Positions 62,211 to 64,000 of a stretch of 64,000 bases of DNA are shown piece after piece (the first letter of the stretch is position 1; each line of letters starts with the position of its first letter). Under the pieces are notes generated by a model. That model saw nothing but the letters and a program-made list of their open reading frames with translations. It searched no databases and was not told the origin of the DNA. This stretch comes from Lama glama (lineage: Eukaryota), in assembly GCA_028534125.1 (NCBI GenBank), contig CM052818.1:26290001-26354000 (forward strand), in the 5' to 3' direction. The translations under genes were made by a program, and so were the position numbers.

Positions 62211-62700
62211 TGTATTAGTTTCCTATTGCTGCTATAACAAATTACCTCAAACTTAGAGGCTTAAAACAACACCAATTTATTATATTACTTTTCTGGAGGT
62301 CACAAATCTAAAGTGGATCCATGGGACTGAATTCCCCTTGGAGGCTCCAGGGGAAACCCCGTTTCCTTGCCCTTTTTAGCTTTCAAAGGCAGCCAACATT
62401 TTTTGGTGTGTGGTCCCCTACCTTTGTCTTCAAAGCTAGCATCTTCAAATTTCTTTTTCTCTGTCCCTCTGCTTCTGTCATCACATCATCTTCTCTCTGA
62501 TTCTGACTCCTTCTGCATGCCTTTTATAAAGACCCGTTTATTTGCATCAAGCCCCTTGGTAATTCAGAATAATCTCTCCACCTCAAAATTCTTAATTTGA
62601 TCACAAATGCAGAACTTCTCTTGCCATATAAGGTAACACTCACAGATTCCAAGGATTAGGATATGGACATCTTTAGTGGATCATCATTCACACTACCCTG
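62211..62700 (-). mobile_element. MaLR solo LTR (MLT1C/D-like)
   Basis: TGTATTAGTTTCCTATTGCTGCTATAACAAATTACC...GGATTAGGATATGGACATCTTT; TSD ACAGC/ACAAC matches at 4 of 5. Confidence 0.9.
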
Positions 62701-64000
62701 ACAACTCTAAGCCAATCTGACAGTGACAACGAAAGCATCAGCCATTGAGTGTTACCATGTGATTTTAATACAGATATGGAGACAGGGATAGAGGTAATTT
62801 TATAGATATATGTGTATGTACTTCAACTGATATATGCTGTATTTGTATATGTATGAAATTATCTATCAATCTAAATCTCCAAAGCCAATGCTCCTTACCC
62901 ACTGTCTCCCATTCTGTTCCATGTATCAACAAGAAACTCAGACTATGAATTCTTGTGTGTAATAGCTTCAACCTAATTTTTTTCTCTAGCGAGAACTAAC
63001 CACATTTGTGGTTAGAAAGACAAGGAATGGGTTAATTCCCAGTTGGCTGCATCTACAGAAAGCTCATAAAATTGTCCATTTCTCCCCATAAATGAAACTG
63101 TTGCTTATTCACAGTGTCTTGTTTCTTTTCTTGCTTTACCTTTTTCAGCGTTTTTACTCTTCCTTATTGTTCTCAACCTCAACAGAGGTTGTATTTCCAA
63201 GCAGAACCATTCACCAACCTAAAAATCTTTCCTTTGTTTTAGAAATCTGCTTCACCAAATAACCCATCACCCTGAAAAGTGAAGTCCAGAAATACCACAG
63301 CAAAGGAAACAAAATTGGGAGCTGAAGAGTATAAATCCATCAAACCGTGGTTTAAAAATAAAATAAAATAGAAATGAGTATCCCATGAAACAAAAGTGAA
63401 TGAAGATTTATGTAACAATGTCACCTGGACAGCACCCATTCTCAGTATTCTTCAGTGGGTTTTTTTTTAAACTATTTTAATGTGTGTCTTAAATCAGAAT
63501 CATTAAATTTTTAGAAGACAGAATCCCTTTCTCAGAGAGACAATCCTTAAACAGCAATAGGTGATCTGTTTGTGAGTCTGTCTCCGTGATAGTTAATATT
63601 GCTCTGCCGAGCTTTTTGTTGAGGACAAGAATGAAATATGCTCCTGATTTTTACATGCCTCTGATGTTGCCAAATCATGTGCTTTGGGGATTCTGGCTCA
63701 TACTATATAGATTTTTTTTTTATTACTGCCTCCTCAACGAATGGTTCCTGAGTATTTATTGATAAGTATGACCATATTAAAATCTGGATCATGAATAAAT
63801 GATTTCAGATGAATTTGGGAATAACTACAGCAAGAGAGGCAGGAAAGTAATGAATCAAGTGGTGTGACTTAAAGCCTGGATCAGGTAAGAACACCAACGT
63901 AAGCCCCACTGGGTACCTCCTGCTGGTCTGACGAGACCTCCTGTCCCCGCAAGGCTGGCCCCCAAGCCTTGCCTCACTTGGACCTTCCTTCACTCCACCT

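Noticed and set aside
63115..63365. Strong plus-strand acceptors near 63148 and 63242
   Set aside because: There is no good donor, and all three frames after 63242 stop quickly. At most this is a non-coding or terminal exon.
1..64000. CRISPR arrays, operons, tRNA/rRNA/snRNA genes, known miRNAs, CpG island
   Set aside because: None seen. This is mammalian repeat-rich non-coding DNA, and the remaining ORFs in the track are short, with no recognisable homology.

Overview
Mammalian nuclear genomic DNA, intronic or intergenic and CpG-poor, with no CpG island. I found no recognisable protein-coding gene and no prokaryotic features. Much of the window is decayed interspersed repeats that I identified from memory of consensus sequences: MIR, L2, CR1/L3, MaLR/ERVL LTRs, MER5/MER94/MER91/MER104 DNA transposons and several generations of L1. 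Subfamily names and most boundaries are approximate. The younger L1 copies look laurasiatherian or cetartiodactyl, and I saw no Alu, B1/B2, Bov-A/BovB, PRE-1 or Can-SINE, which points tentatively to a camelid-like host. The best-supported structural oddity is a three-level nest at 26.8-29.3 kb: old L1 > MLT2 LTR > younger L1. The innermost piece is an internal ORF2 fragment with no 3' UTR or poly(A), yet it is flanked by a 17-bp target-site duplication, as expected for an internally primed ('tailless') insertion. A clean ERV1-type solo LTR with a 4-bp TSD lies at 24819-25270. Several repeat-poor blocks contain speculative signals: candidate plus-strand microexons (9, 16, 20/31, 27, 33 and 33 nt), a chain of minus-strand splice-competent exons beside a promoter-like motif cluster at 54.8-56.6 kb, and transcription-factor motif clusters. 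None could be assigned to a named gene. The supplied ORFs are chance ORFs or L1 remnants.
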